Below are positions 1-6,739 of a DNA stretch of 20,000 nucleotides, piece after piece (positions within the stretch are counted from its first letter, which is position 1; each line of letters opens with the position of its first letter). Origin of the DNA: an uncultured virus (IMG/VR IMGVR_UViG_3300017963_000250) (taxonomy: Duplodnaviria > Heunggongvirae > Uroviricota > Caudoviricetes); the IMG/VR virus record IMGVR_UViG_3300017963_000250. One strand, written 5' to 3'. The position numbers were made by a program, and so were the translations under genes. The notes beneath the pieces were generated by a model. The model made no database searches, was not told the DNA's origin, and saw only the letters and a list, made by a program, of their open reading frames with translations.

Positions 1-271
1 GCAGACAAAACGTACTCTTGCCCGAGCCCGGTTCGCCATGCACCATCATGATGAACTTTTTGGCAAGGTCGCCCAGGAACTCGAACCCTGACAGCCGTTC
101 GTAATTCGTGTTCTCTTTTATCAGGCTCGCGGCGCTTTTGGTCTTGCGTTCGTTCTGCATCACCTCGTATTCGCGGTTGGGGATATTGATGATGCTGAAC
201 GGCTCGCCGCAAAAGCAGTAATCGCGGTACGACCTGTCGTACCGTTCGCCGCACCGAAAACATATGTACAT
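1..271 (-). CDS. Zn-finger + P-loop ATPase (RadA/Sms- or RecA-like architecture), truncated at window edge
   Basis: Absent from the ORF track. Manual translation from ATG 271 (AGGAG RBS upstream): MYICFRCGERYDRSYRDYCFCGEPFS...FLGDLAKKFIMMVHGEPGSGKSTFCL. It has a CxxC...CxC motif and a Walker A GEPGSGKST after a hydrophobic strand. Confidence 0.85.
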   Translation of the reverse strand, partial: MYICFRCGERYDRSYRDYCFCGEPFSIINIPNREYEVMQNERKTKSAASLIKENTNYERLSGFEFLGDLAKKFIMMVHGEPGSGKSTFCL

Positions 272-284
272 AGATGGTCTCCTT

Positions 285-599
285 TTATTTTCGGTTGTTC
301 TCGGATAATTTTTGTACGTAATAGTAAAACGCTATCGTCGCCCACGGGATAACGACGCCTGACCCGAGCGCGACCAGCATCGCCTTCTGGTGGAGCTTGA
401 CGTTCTGCCAGTCCATGTTCTTGAGGTTGCTGTACGCTTCCTTGCCGGACTCGATCACGGTCGGTGCCATCCTGAACGCGATCCCGGCGAAGATGAGACT
501 GCCGAGTATATTCTTCGTGTTCGGCTTTACCTCGAAATTCTCGACGGCACCCATGCCGTTCACTACCTTTTTGATGGTATCCAGTTCGGTGTTTTTCAT
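285..599 (-). CDS. Small membrane protein with two hydrophobic segments
   Basis: Coupled to the upstream gene (TAATG overlap at 599). Hydrophobic stretches ILGSLIFAGIAF and MLVALGSGVVIPWATIAFYYYV; NGMG motif near the N-terminus. Confidence 0.75.
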   Translation of the reverse strand: MKNTELDTIKKVVNGMGAVENFEVKPNTKNILGSLIFAGIAFRMAPTVIESGKEAYSNLKNMDWQNVKLHQKAMLVALGSGVVIPWATIAFYYYVQKLSENNRK

Positions 600-1006
600 T
601 ATTCAGAAAGCTTTCCGTGAAAGTACAACCTGAACGCGGTCTGTGCCGATAGTGACGTGTTCGTGAACCGAACCCGTGCCAGGGGCGCTACCGTCGTTAC
701 ACGGAACGTCTGCCGCGTATTCTTCGTGTACAGGGTCTGTTCTACCCCGTCCCAGTTGCTGCCGCCATCGGACGAAAAATCGACGAAAAGAGTACCGCTC
801 TGGTCCGCAAAACAGGTGCCTGTTATAAATGAAAAATTGTTGCAGGCGAAAGAAGAAGAGGGGTACGTCGCGCCGGCACCGAGCGGGGTCGTCGTGTTTC
901 CGATCGCACGGATATCTGTAGACACCGGGAATATAAACGTCCCACCGCCCTCGACCCCAAGCAGGGTAGCGAGAAATTCCACCTCGTAACGTGCTCTGTT
1001 CGACAT
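599..1006 (-). CDS. All-beta virion protein, putative single jelly-roll (vertex/spike-like)
   Basis: AAGGA RBS. Alternating beta pattern (FADQSGTLFVDFSSDG, ARVRFTN, FRLYFHG). Resembles 3604..3969. Confidence 0.6.
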   Translation of the reverse strand: MSNRARYEVEFLATLLGVEGGGTFIFPVSTDIRAIGNTTTPLGAGATYPSSSFACNNFSFITGTCFADQSGTLFVDFSSDGGSNWDGVEQTLYTKNTRQTFRVTTVAPLARVRFTNTSLSAQTAFRLYFHGKLSE

Positions 1007-1019
1007 CAGCTATTCCTTA

Positions 1020-1265
1020 TTATTGTGGTATCGCCCCGCCATAAAGGGTCGAAAGGTTCGCGATCTGCTTGCCGCCGGCACCGGCCTCAGGGGCGACCTC
1101 CTCCTGCGGTTCGGTAACAGATGGTGCCGGAACGCCTCCGTTTACGACGAGATTGGTGGGGACGCCACCACCGTTAATCGCCGGTGCCGCCGGTCGCTTC
1201 TTGTACCAGTTCCAGACAACCACGCCGCCTATGCTAAGTGCTACCAGTCCGATAATCTTTTTCAT
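1020..1265 (-). CDS. Small N-terminally anchored membrane protein with Pro/Gly/Ala-rich tail
   Basis: Start revised to ATG 1265 (GAGG RBS upstream). MKKIIGLVALSIGGVVVWNWYKKR is one TM helix flanked by basic residues. Confidence 0.7.
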   Translation of the reverse strand: MKKIIGLVALSIGGVVVWNWYKKRPAAPAINGGGVPTNLVVNGGVPAPSVTEPQEEVAPEAGAGGKQIANLSTLYGGAIPQ

Positions 1266-2088
1266 TTTGTTATACCTCATAAAATGGTGGTTACTGGTTC
1301 AAAATAACGATTTTCAGGAATGGAAAGAGGTGGCAACTCAAAAATCACCCTCTCTTTCCCCTCTGTGGTTATTTCTGTCATCACAAACTCAGGTGGAAGA
1401 ATATCTCCCTCTGCATTTAACCTCTCAAGCAATATGTCATACAGCATGTGCAGTATGTTGTCTATGTCGGTACGCGAAACGTGGGAACGGGACCGAAATG
1501 CAATTTTTACACGCCCTAATTCAGACTGTAAAGAAAGAATGGTCCCGACGTACAAGTCGAATTCCAGGTCTAAACCTAAAAAGGTATAACTACCTGTAAA
1601 GCTCTCTGAGACTTCGCTTCTGCCAATCGACAATGTTTTCCCGTTGTGCGTTAAAGTGATGTTGCTACCATCGTAATCAACATACACCGTATATATGGGA
1701 AAGGCCCCTGCCGGAGCAACCTCCCTACGCCAGTTGATTTTAAAGGGGACGGTGGCATCAAAAAGAGACACCATCCCATCGGAGAAAGCGTCCTGCGTAC
1801 TCATGGGCACGGTTCTCTCAATAAACATATTTACCGAAACCTCGCCATATCTTTGCCCTTTTTCCAATATCTCCTTTGAGAACGCTTCTATAGGGTGCTT
1901 TGCCAGTTGCCCATTTTCCATCCTGTACGTCGCTGCCCCGTTGTAGTAAATATCAATCGTCTTTTTCCCACGCCACCATTTCCATGCTAAATATCCTGCG
2001 GTTCCTGCCGCTCCAGCAGCAAGTATTCCCGTGCCTAATTTCCCAAACAAGCCCGGATTACATCGTTTTTTCATTTTGTTATACCTCA
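1258..2088. repeat. 22-bp direct repeat flanking one gene (copies at 1258-1279 and 2067-2088)
   Basis: TTTTTCATTTTGTTATACCTCA occurs twice. On the minus strand it reads TGAGGTATAACAAAATGAAAAA, which supplies a stop codon, RBS and start (MKK). Confidence 0.9.
1277..2074 (-). CDS. Membrane-anchored protein: NP motif, TM helix, paralogous alpha/beta domain and extra C-terminal domain
   Basis: Start revised to ATG 2074 (RBS within the repeat). KKRCNPG...AGYLAWKWWRGKK is followed by a domain weakly like those of the two upstream genes. Visibly AT-richer than its neighbours. Confidence 0.75.
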   Translation of the reverse strand: MKKRCNPGLFGKLGTGILAAGAAGTAGYLAWKWWRGKKTIDIYYNGAATYRMENGQLAKHPIEAFSKEILEKGQRYGEVSVNMFIERTVPMSTQDAFSDGMVSLFDATVPFKINWRREVAPAGAFPIYTVYVDYDGSNITLTHNGKTLSIGRSEVSESFTGSYTFLGLDLEFDLYVGTILSLQSELGRVKIAFRSRSHVSRTDIDNILHMLYDILLERLNAEGDILPPEFVMTEITTEGKERVIFELPPLSIPENRYFEPVTTIL

Positions 2089-2516
2089 ACTACATGTTTG
2101 TAAACCTCTACCTTGAACGGCATCGTCCCCGCCTCGTTCGCTATCTCCGAAAACTTCAATGAAGTCGACTCGGACGCGACGCCCGGCACGAAATTGACAT
2201 GCACTACTATCCTGCTGACCATGTTCGCTAAGTCGAGGAGATCCATCCTCATCCGATCGAGCGAATACGGCAGGTAATACGCAACCCCGTTCTCCGACTG
2301 CTTCACGCGGAAAAATTCGTCGCCTTTGTGTAAAATATTGATATACCCCGTATCGCGGCGACGAAAATACCTGTTCCACGCCCACGCGGCCACGCCGGCA
2401 ATGCCGATAATTTTCCAGCTTATCCCGAACGGGTTACCGCGCAACCTTCGCATCTTTGGAGGTTTCCCTGTCCTCGGACAAATCATTTGTGCCCCTCCGG
2501 TATCTCTGGTTTCCAT
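2079..2516 (-). CDS. Membrane-anchored protein, paralog of the C-terminal part of 2516..3604
   Basis: RRLRGNPFGISWKIIGIAGVAAWAWNRYFRR aligns with RRNPFGVSWTKIALGAGIAGVGWWAWNRFLRK; RIVVHVNF with KIVVRVFF; PFKVEVYKH with PYPIEIQKH. TGATG coupling at 2516. Confidence 0.8.
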   Translation of the reverse strand: METRDTGGAQMICPRTGKPPKMRRLRGNPFGISWKIIGIAGVAAWAWNRYFRRRDTGYINILHKGDEFFRVKQSENGVAYYLPYSLDRMRMDLLDLANMVSRIVVHVNFVPGVASESTSLKFSEIANEAGTMPFKVEVYKHVVEV

Positions 2517-3604
2517 CAGTCGAAGTGTTTCTGTATCTCTATGGGGTATGGGAAATTCTTTACGAATTCCATAAGCAACCCGAACGTGGTGTCGGCGACA
2601 GTGCTCGCGATCTGGCGCGAGAAGAACACCCGCACCACGATCTTGTCGTACTTCTTGCCGAGAGAGTTCAGGTCGTTCTCGAACTGCTTCATCTCGTAGG
2701 CGACCATCTTGTTCTGCGCCTTGTCGAAAATGAAGGCGTTCACCCCGTCGTGAAACACGGTCATCACGGCGGCGGCGATGCCGGCACCGAAGTGTTTCTG
2801 TATCTCTATGGGGTATGGGAAAGTCTTTACGAATTCCATAAGCAACCCGAACGTGGTATCAGCGACGGTACTCGCGATCTGGCGCGAGAAAAACACCCGT
2901 ACCACGATCTTGTCGTACTTCTTGCCGAGGTAGTTCAAGTCGCCCTCGAATTGTTTCATCTCGTAGACAACCCTCTTATTCTGCGCCTTGTCGAAAATGA
3001 AGGCGTTCACCCCGTCGTGAAACACGGTCATCACGTAAAGCGGTTGTTTGCGCAGAAACCGGTTCCACGCCCACCACCCGACACCGGCAATGCCGGCACC
3101 GAGCGCGATCTTGGTCCAGCTAACGCCGAACGGGTTACGGCGGATCAACCTGTCCGCCTGCTTTTTGGGGTATCTTCTCCGTATCGCTTTTTTCATGTCA
3201 TCGTCCATCTTCCAGAACATCTGCCGGCGGTGCGATCTCAGCCAGGACTTCGCCTTCGACTTCGTCCACCGCTGGTACGGTTTCAACTGTATCGTCCGGC
3301 CCTGGTGCGTGATCGACCTACCGGTGGGGAACACCAGGCCCTGCACCCTGGTCGCGCGTCCGCCCTCGTACTTTGTCGACGGTTTTGCGCCGTACGGCGA
3401 CCCGAATCGGAGCAGGATCGGGCCGTGCTCCTTGTGCTTCAACCCTACATACTTGCTCCGGAACCACCGTTTGCCGGCGCGTTCCTGGAATATTTCCTTG
3501 TCCTTCAGTGTATAGTGTACCGAACGCGGCTTCTCGGCCCACCGGCCCTCATCGGCGAGCATATCCAACATCGCCGCCATACCGATCACCGGTTGCGGAG
3601 GCAT
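2516..3604 (-). CDS. Basic N-terminal domain + RRNP + TM helix + tandemly duplicated ~82-aa domain
   Basis: Coupled at both ends. K/R-rich N-terminal half, one TM segment, and MTVFHDG...IQKHF present twice. Confidence 0.85.
   Translation of the reverse strand: MPPQPVIGMAAMLDMLADEGRWAEKPRSVHYTLKDKEIFQERAGKRWFRSKYVGLKHKEHGPILLRFGSPYGAKPSTKYEGGRATRVQGLVFPTGRSITHQGRTIQLKPYQRWTKSKAKSWLRSHRRQMFWKMDDDMKKAIRRRYPKKQADRLIRRNPFGVSWTKIALGAGIAGVGWWAWNRFLRKQPLYVMTVFHDGVNAFIFDKAQNKRVVYEMKQFEGDLNYLGKKYDKIVVRVFFSRQIASTVADTTFGLLMEFVKTFPYPIEIQKHFGAGIAAAVMTVFHDGVNAFIFDKAQNKMVAYEMKQFENDLNSLGKKYDKIVVRVFFSRQIASTVADTTFGLLMEFVKNFPYPIEIQKHFD
2521..3035. repeat. Intragenic tandem duplication, ~248-bp copies (2521-2768 and 2788-3035; period 267 bp)
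   Basis: Alignment by eye gives about 18 mismatches, mostly synonymous, with 5 amino-acid changes. Confidence 0.95.
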
Positions 3605-3969
3605 TACGCTATCCCCCTCGCGTCGAAGTTCGCCCTGATAGTCGCGGTGAAACCGGACGCATTGGTCAAGGTCACCCGCGCGAAATTGCCGTGGACCGGC
3701 ACTATCCGCGCTTCGGTCGTACCGGCAGCGACGGTCACCGTCGGGATACTGTGGTCGTACGTCAGCGTACCGCCCCGGTCGTCGACTCCCTGCTCGACAT
3801 CGAGCGAAATCGTCTGGGACGAATAGACCTGGCCGAATATGACCGAATACCCCTCGATCGGCGTCTCGAACGAAACGCTGCTGCCGGTCGCGAGCGTACT
3901 CACGTAATCGGCGATCGTGATCGGCTCCTGATACCCGATCTGCACCTTCCGTACTATCGGTATTGTCAT
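3604..3969 (-). CDS. All-beta virion protein, putative single jelly-roll
   Basis: Beta-strand periodicity throughout. VYSSQTISLDVEQG and FARVTLTNAS parallel CFADQSGTLFVDFS and LARVRFTNTS of 599..1006. Confidence 0.6.
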   Translation of the reverse strand: MTIPIVRKVQIGYQEPITIADYVSTLATGSSVSFETPIEGYSVIFGQVYSSQTISLDVEQGVDDRGGTLTYDHSIPTVTVAAGTTEARIVPVHGNFARVTLTNASGFTATIRANFDARGIA

Positions 3970-3970
3970 C

Positions 3971-4669
3971 TTACTGCTCCTGTGTTGGGACCGGGTACGC
4001 TATGCCGCGGATATAGATCCTGAGTCCATGGTTGTACACCGAACTCTGGTTCGAGACCAGGAAGTACACCGTCTCCTGCTCCCTCGCCATGCCGGCGTTA
4101 CCGGACTCGTATACCCAATAGTTGTCGGGGAAACCTATGCCGCTGGTGCTACTGATGGTCGATGGCGGTACCCCGACGATCCCGGTCGTCCGCGTCTCGG
4201 TAACCAGCACCGGATCGTCGAACGGCGGCACCGTCGCGACCGAGTCCACCTTCCCGCTCTGGAACACCGAGTCGTCGCCGAGGAACAGCCTGACAATGAT
4301 ATCCTGCGCGCCCTGGCAGGTAAAGTATTCCCACGAATAATCGGTAAGCTCGAAAATCGTGTTCCTGGGGACGACGACTATCGGGATGTACAGGTTGGAA
4401 CTCGGCGGGATCTTTCGTACCTGCGGCGACAGGTTCACTTCGCGCACCTGCTTGTCGCCTCTGCCGTATGGGATCTCTATGTTCTGGATATAGTTCGGAA
4501 GAAGCGCATACGGGTTGTCAGGCCGGAGCGTCGACAAATCCTCGAACGTCGACGCCAACCGCGCACCGACCCCTCGTGGTTCGGTATAGTACGGGACCCG
4601 CGACCGATCGGGCACCTTCCGGCAACGAAACAAACTCTCAATGCTAAATTCGTCCAGGAAACCACCCAT
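3971..4669 (-). CDS. Beta-rich putative minor capsid/penton-like protein
   Basis: 1-bp gaps to both neighbours. Beta-rich C-terminal two thirds ending TVYFLVSN...LRIYIRGIAY, like the terminal strands of the adjacent proteins. Confidence 0.55.
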   Translation of the reverse strand: MGGFLDEFSIESLFRCRKVPDRSRVPYYTEPRGVGARLASTFEDLSTLRPDNPYALLPNYIQNIEIPYGRGDKQVREVNLSPQVRKIPPSSNLYIPIVVVPRNTIFELTDYSWEYFTCQGAQDIIVRLFLGDDSVFQSGKVDSVATVPPFDDPVLVTETRTTGIVGVPPSTISSTSGIGFPDNYWVYESGNAGMAREQETVYFLVSNQSSVYNHGLRIYIRGIAYPVPTQEQ

Positions 4670-4670
4670 C

Positions 4671-5549
4671 TCAAGTTCTCCGGTAATATATATTGAACCC
4701 GGCCAAAGCGAAATACACGGTGTTGGACGACCCGGTGAGGTTTTGAAAACGTAGCTTGAATTGCGTCTTGCGTTGAAATATCTGCGGTTCGAAGTCGCGA
4801 TAGTATTCCGCGTTGCCGCCGATCATGCCGCTGTGTATCCACCCATTCATGAGTTCAAAACCGGTACCGACATTCGACACCCTGACCTTGTACGCGCCGG
4901 TACTGTACGTGAGCATCCGACGCAGGTAAAAATCGGCGTCACTTATGAAGGTGATATATGCCACGACCTCGGTCCCGACACCGGCACCGATCGTTATCCC
5001 GGAATCGGTCGTGTAGAAAAACGGACGTGCCATCCGGCTCGCCGGCGACAGTTCGTCAATGAGACTCCTGGCGTCGAAATAGTATCGCTGGCCTTCGAAC
5101 GCGAGCCTGACGTCATTCGGCGCGCCGGACAGATCCGCCAGGTCGACGACAAGTGACTGGGTCTCGTGTAAAAGCATCGGGATCGGAAGCTCGAACGGCC
5201 GTTGCCCGTTCCCGACAATGAGGCGGCTGTGGATCGGCCTGTTCGACATGTAGCGTTGATACTCGTTGTCGAAAATGAACAGGGTATAATCCTGCGAGGT
5301 CGCGATCCCCTTCAGGCGTCTCAGGTCTATCGCGCCGGCCTTGTCGTTACTCATGTTCCTCCTGGCGGTCCCGGCGGCAGGCACGGACACGACACTGTCG
5401 CCGGCCTGCTCGTCCCAGGTCAAGTCGTACGGGGTCGACGCGATCAAGACACTGTTCGGCTGTAGGCCACGAGTCTCGCTCTCTATGAGGGGCGCGAAAT
5501 TTGACAGTGACTCAAGATATATCGGCGTTATTTTGTTCTCTACCACCAT
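4671..5549 (-). CDS. Internally duplicated beta protein, putative double jelly-roll capsid protein
   Basis: The two halves align: LRRLKG/LRRMLT; YMSNRPIHSRLIVGNG/ELMNGWIHSGMIGGNA; LVVDLADLSGAPNDVRLAFEGQRYY/FKLRFQNLTGSSNTVYFALAGFNIY. GAGG RBS. The fold is inferred. Confidence 0.6.
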   Translation of the reverse strand: MVVENKITPIYLESLSNFAPLIESETRGLQPNSVLIASTPYDLTWDEQAGDSVVSVPAAGTARRNMSNDKAGAIDLRRLKGIATSQDYTLFIFDNEYQRYMSNRPIHSRLIVGNGQRPFELPIPMLLHETQSLVVDLADLSGAPNDVRLAFEGQRYYFDARSLIDELSPASRMARPFFYTTDSGITIGAGVGTEVVAYITFISDADFYLRRMLTYSTGAYKVRVSNVGTGFELMNGWIHSGMIGGNAEYYRDFEPQIFQRKTQFKLRFQNLTGSSNTVYFALAGFNIYYRRT

Positions 5550-5609
5550 TAGATGTTTACCTCAAATCTGATTTTGTTGAATCCCACCCACCACCCGAGA
5601 TTTTTTTCT

Positions 5610-5939
5610 CTATTTTACGATGCTGTGAGGCTCGATGATGAACACTTCCAGGTTACCGGTCGCGTTGACACCGTCCTCGTTCGTGAGCGTGATCGTGTCG
5701 GTCGGTGCCCCGCTCTTGGCAACGCTTACGAGCGGGGTGCCCGCTGCCGGCGAGGCCGCATGGTTCACGACCGGCCAGGTGTTGTCGCTGATGCCGGGAT
5801 GGGTCGAGGGCAAAGTCACGTCGCCACCGCCACCCGCAGCCGTGATGGTGCCGTTTGCACCGGCGGCAAGCGAGATCCCGGTGATGCGGGCCGCGTACTT
5901 ACCCTGAGAAACTACTACTGCTGTTCCCGTGAAAGCCAT
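5610..5939 (-). CDS. Ala/Gly/Thr-rich small beta protein (decoration/spike-like)
   Basis: AAAGGT RBS. Small-residue-rich composition; lies directly downstream of the capsid candidate. Confidence 0.65.
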   Translation of the reverse strand: MAFTGTAVVVSQGKYAARITGISLAAGANGTITAAGGGGDVTLPSTHPGISDNTWPVVNHAASPAAGTPLVSVAKSGAPTDTITLTNEDGVNATGNLEVFIIEPHSIVK

Positions 5940-5981
5940 TTTTGTTACCTTTCAAAAATTTTGTCTCCGTGTACAAAAGGC

Positions 5982-6021
5982 GAAAATAACCGTGACGTCG
6001 GCTAAAAACCAACGCCACGGT
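5982..6021 (-). terminator. Hairpin/intrinsic terminator after the 192-aa gene
   Basis: Minus strand reads ACCGTGGCGTTGG-TTTTTAG-CCGACGTCACGGT (13-bp stem with two G-U pairs that only form on this strand), followed by TATTTT. Confidence 0.65.
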
Positions 6022-6043
6022 CAGAAAGAAGCCAGTGTGCCTG

Positions 6044-6622
6044 TTAGGCGGGACGTCCCAGAATTCCGTGCAGGTAGCACCACAGGTCGATCGTCGCGGT
6101 GAAGGCGACGGTGTTTACCGTGGTCAGCGTGGCCTGGAAGTCTTGCTGGCTGGGGATATGGAGAGGCTCGCCTTCCAGATCCAGCGGCAGATACACCAGG
6201 GGGGACCCGATCCCGTTCTGGAGTTCCAGGATGGTGGTCGCGGTGACGGTGGTCGCGGCGACTCCAGTCAATCCGGCAGCGGCGGGGATCATGTGGTACA
6301 TGGTCCTGAGGTACGGTTTCGAGGAAAGCTTGAACTCGAAATACGCTTCGTTCATCAAGCGTTCCAGGTCCGCGACCGCGGTGCCCTGCTGCACGAAGAT
6401 ACTCACTCCGAACGCATCGAAAGTGTGCGGCGCGGCGAGCGATCCATCCGAGGTCATGTTCGTGTCGCGGAGGGTTCCGCCGAGAAAGGTCTTGAAGAAC
6501 GTCACCGACTGGGCCGTGCCGGCGGCGAGTTGTTTGCGATCGTAGATGGGCTCGCGGAGATATTCGAGTACCGCTCTTCCGGTATCGTACTTGGCTGCAC
6601 GTCTGTTTCCTGGCATTGCCAT
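6044..6622 (-). CDS. Putative major capsid protein, single jelly-roll type
   Basis: Strong AAAGGAG RBS, hairpins on both sides and mostly C/G-ending codons. Beta-rich with EPIYD...VTFF...TNM..DGSL..PHTF...LHIPSQQDFQATL...LWCYLHG. The function is inferred. Confidence 0.6.
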   Translation of the reverse strand: MAMPGNRRAAKYDTGRAVLEYLREPIYDRKQLAAGTAQSVTFFKTFLGGTLRDTNMTSDGSLAAPHTFDAFGVSIFVQQGTAVADLERLMNEAYFEFKLSSKPYLRTMYHMIPAAAGLTGVAATTVTATTILELQNGIGSPLVYLPLDLEGEPLHIPSQQDFQATLTTVNTVAFTATIDLWCYLHGILGRPA

Positions 6623-6687
6623 AATCTATACTCCTTTGCTTTACTGTTTTCCTTGCATGAAAAAAACGGTTCTTTCTTTGATAAACT

Positions 6688-6726
6688 GTGGGTGCGTGAA
6701 TAACTGGTCAGTTTTCACGCACCCAC
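6688..6726. repeat. REP-like palindrome in the leader of the capsid candidate
   Basis: GTGGGTGCGTGAA (6688-6700) pairs perfectly with TTCACGCACCCAC (6714-6726); an inner AACTG/CAGTT pair extends the stem. Confidence 0.75.
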
Positions 6727-6739
6727 GACGAAACTCTAT

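Noticed and set aside
160..345. 61-aa ORF in the track
   Set aside because: It overlaps two better genes. The alternative frame from ATG 271 has an RBS, Zn finger and Walker A.
2521..3035. Possible DGR template/variable repeat pair
   Set aside because: Mismatches are not confined to adenines of one copy and are mostly synonymous. Both copies are in frame in one gene, and no reverse transcriptase is in the window.
599..6622. Tailed-phage, contractile injection system or pilus interpretation of the beta proteins
   Set aside because: No sheath, tube, baseplate, terminase, portal, secretin or signal-peptide features were recognised. This is not formally excluded without structure searches.
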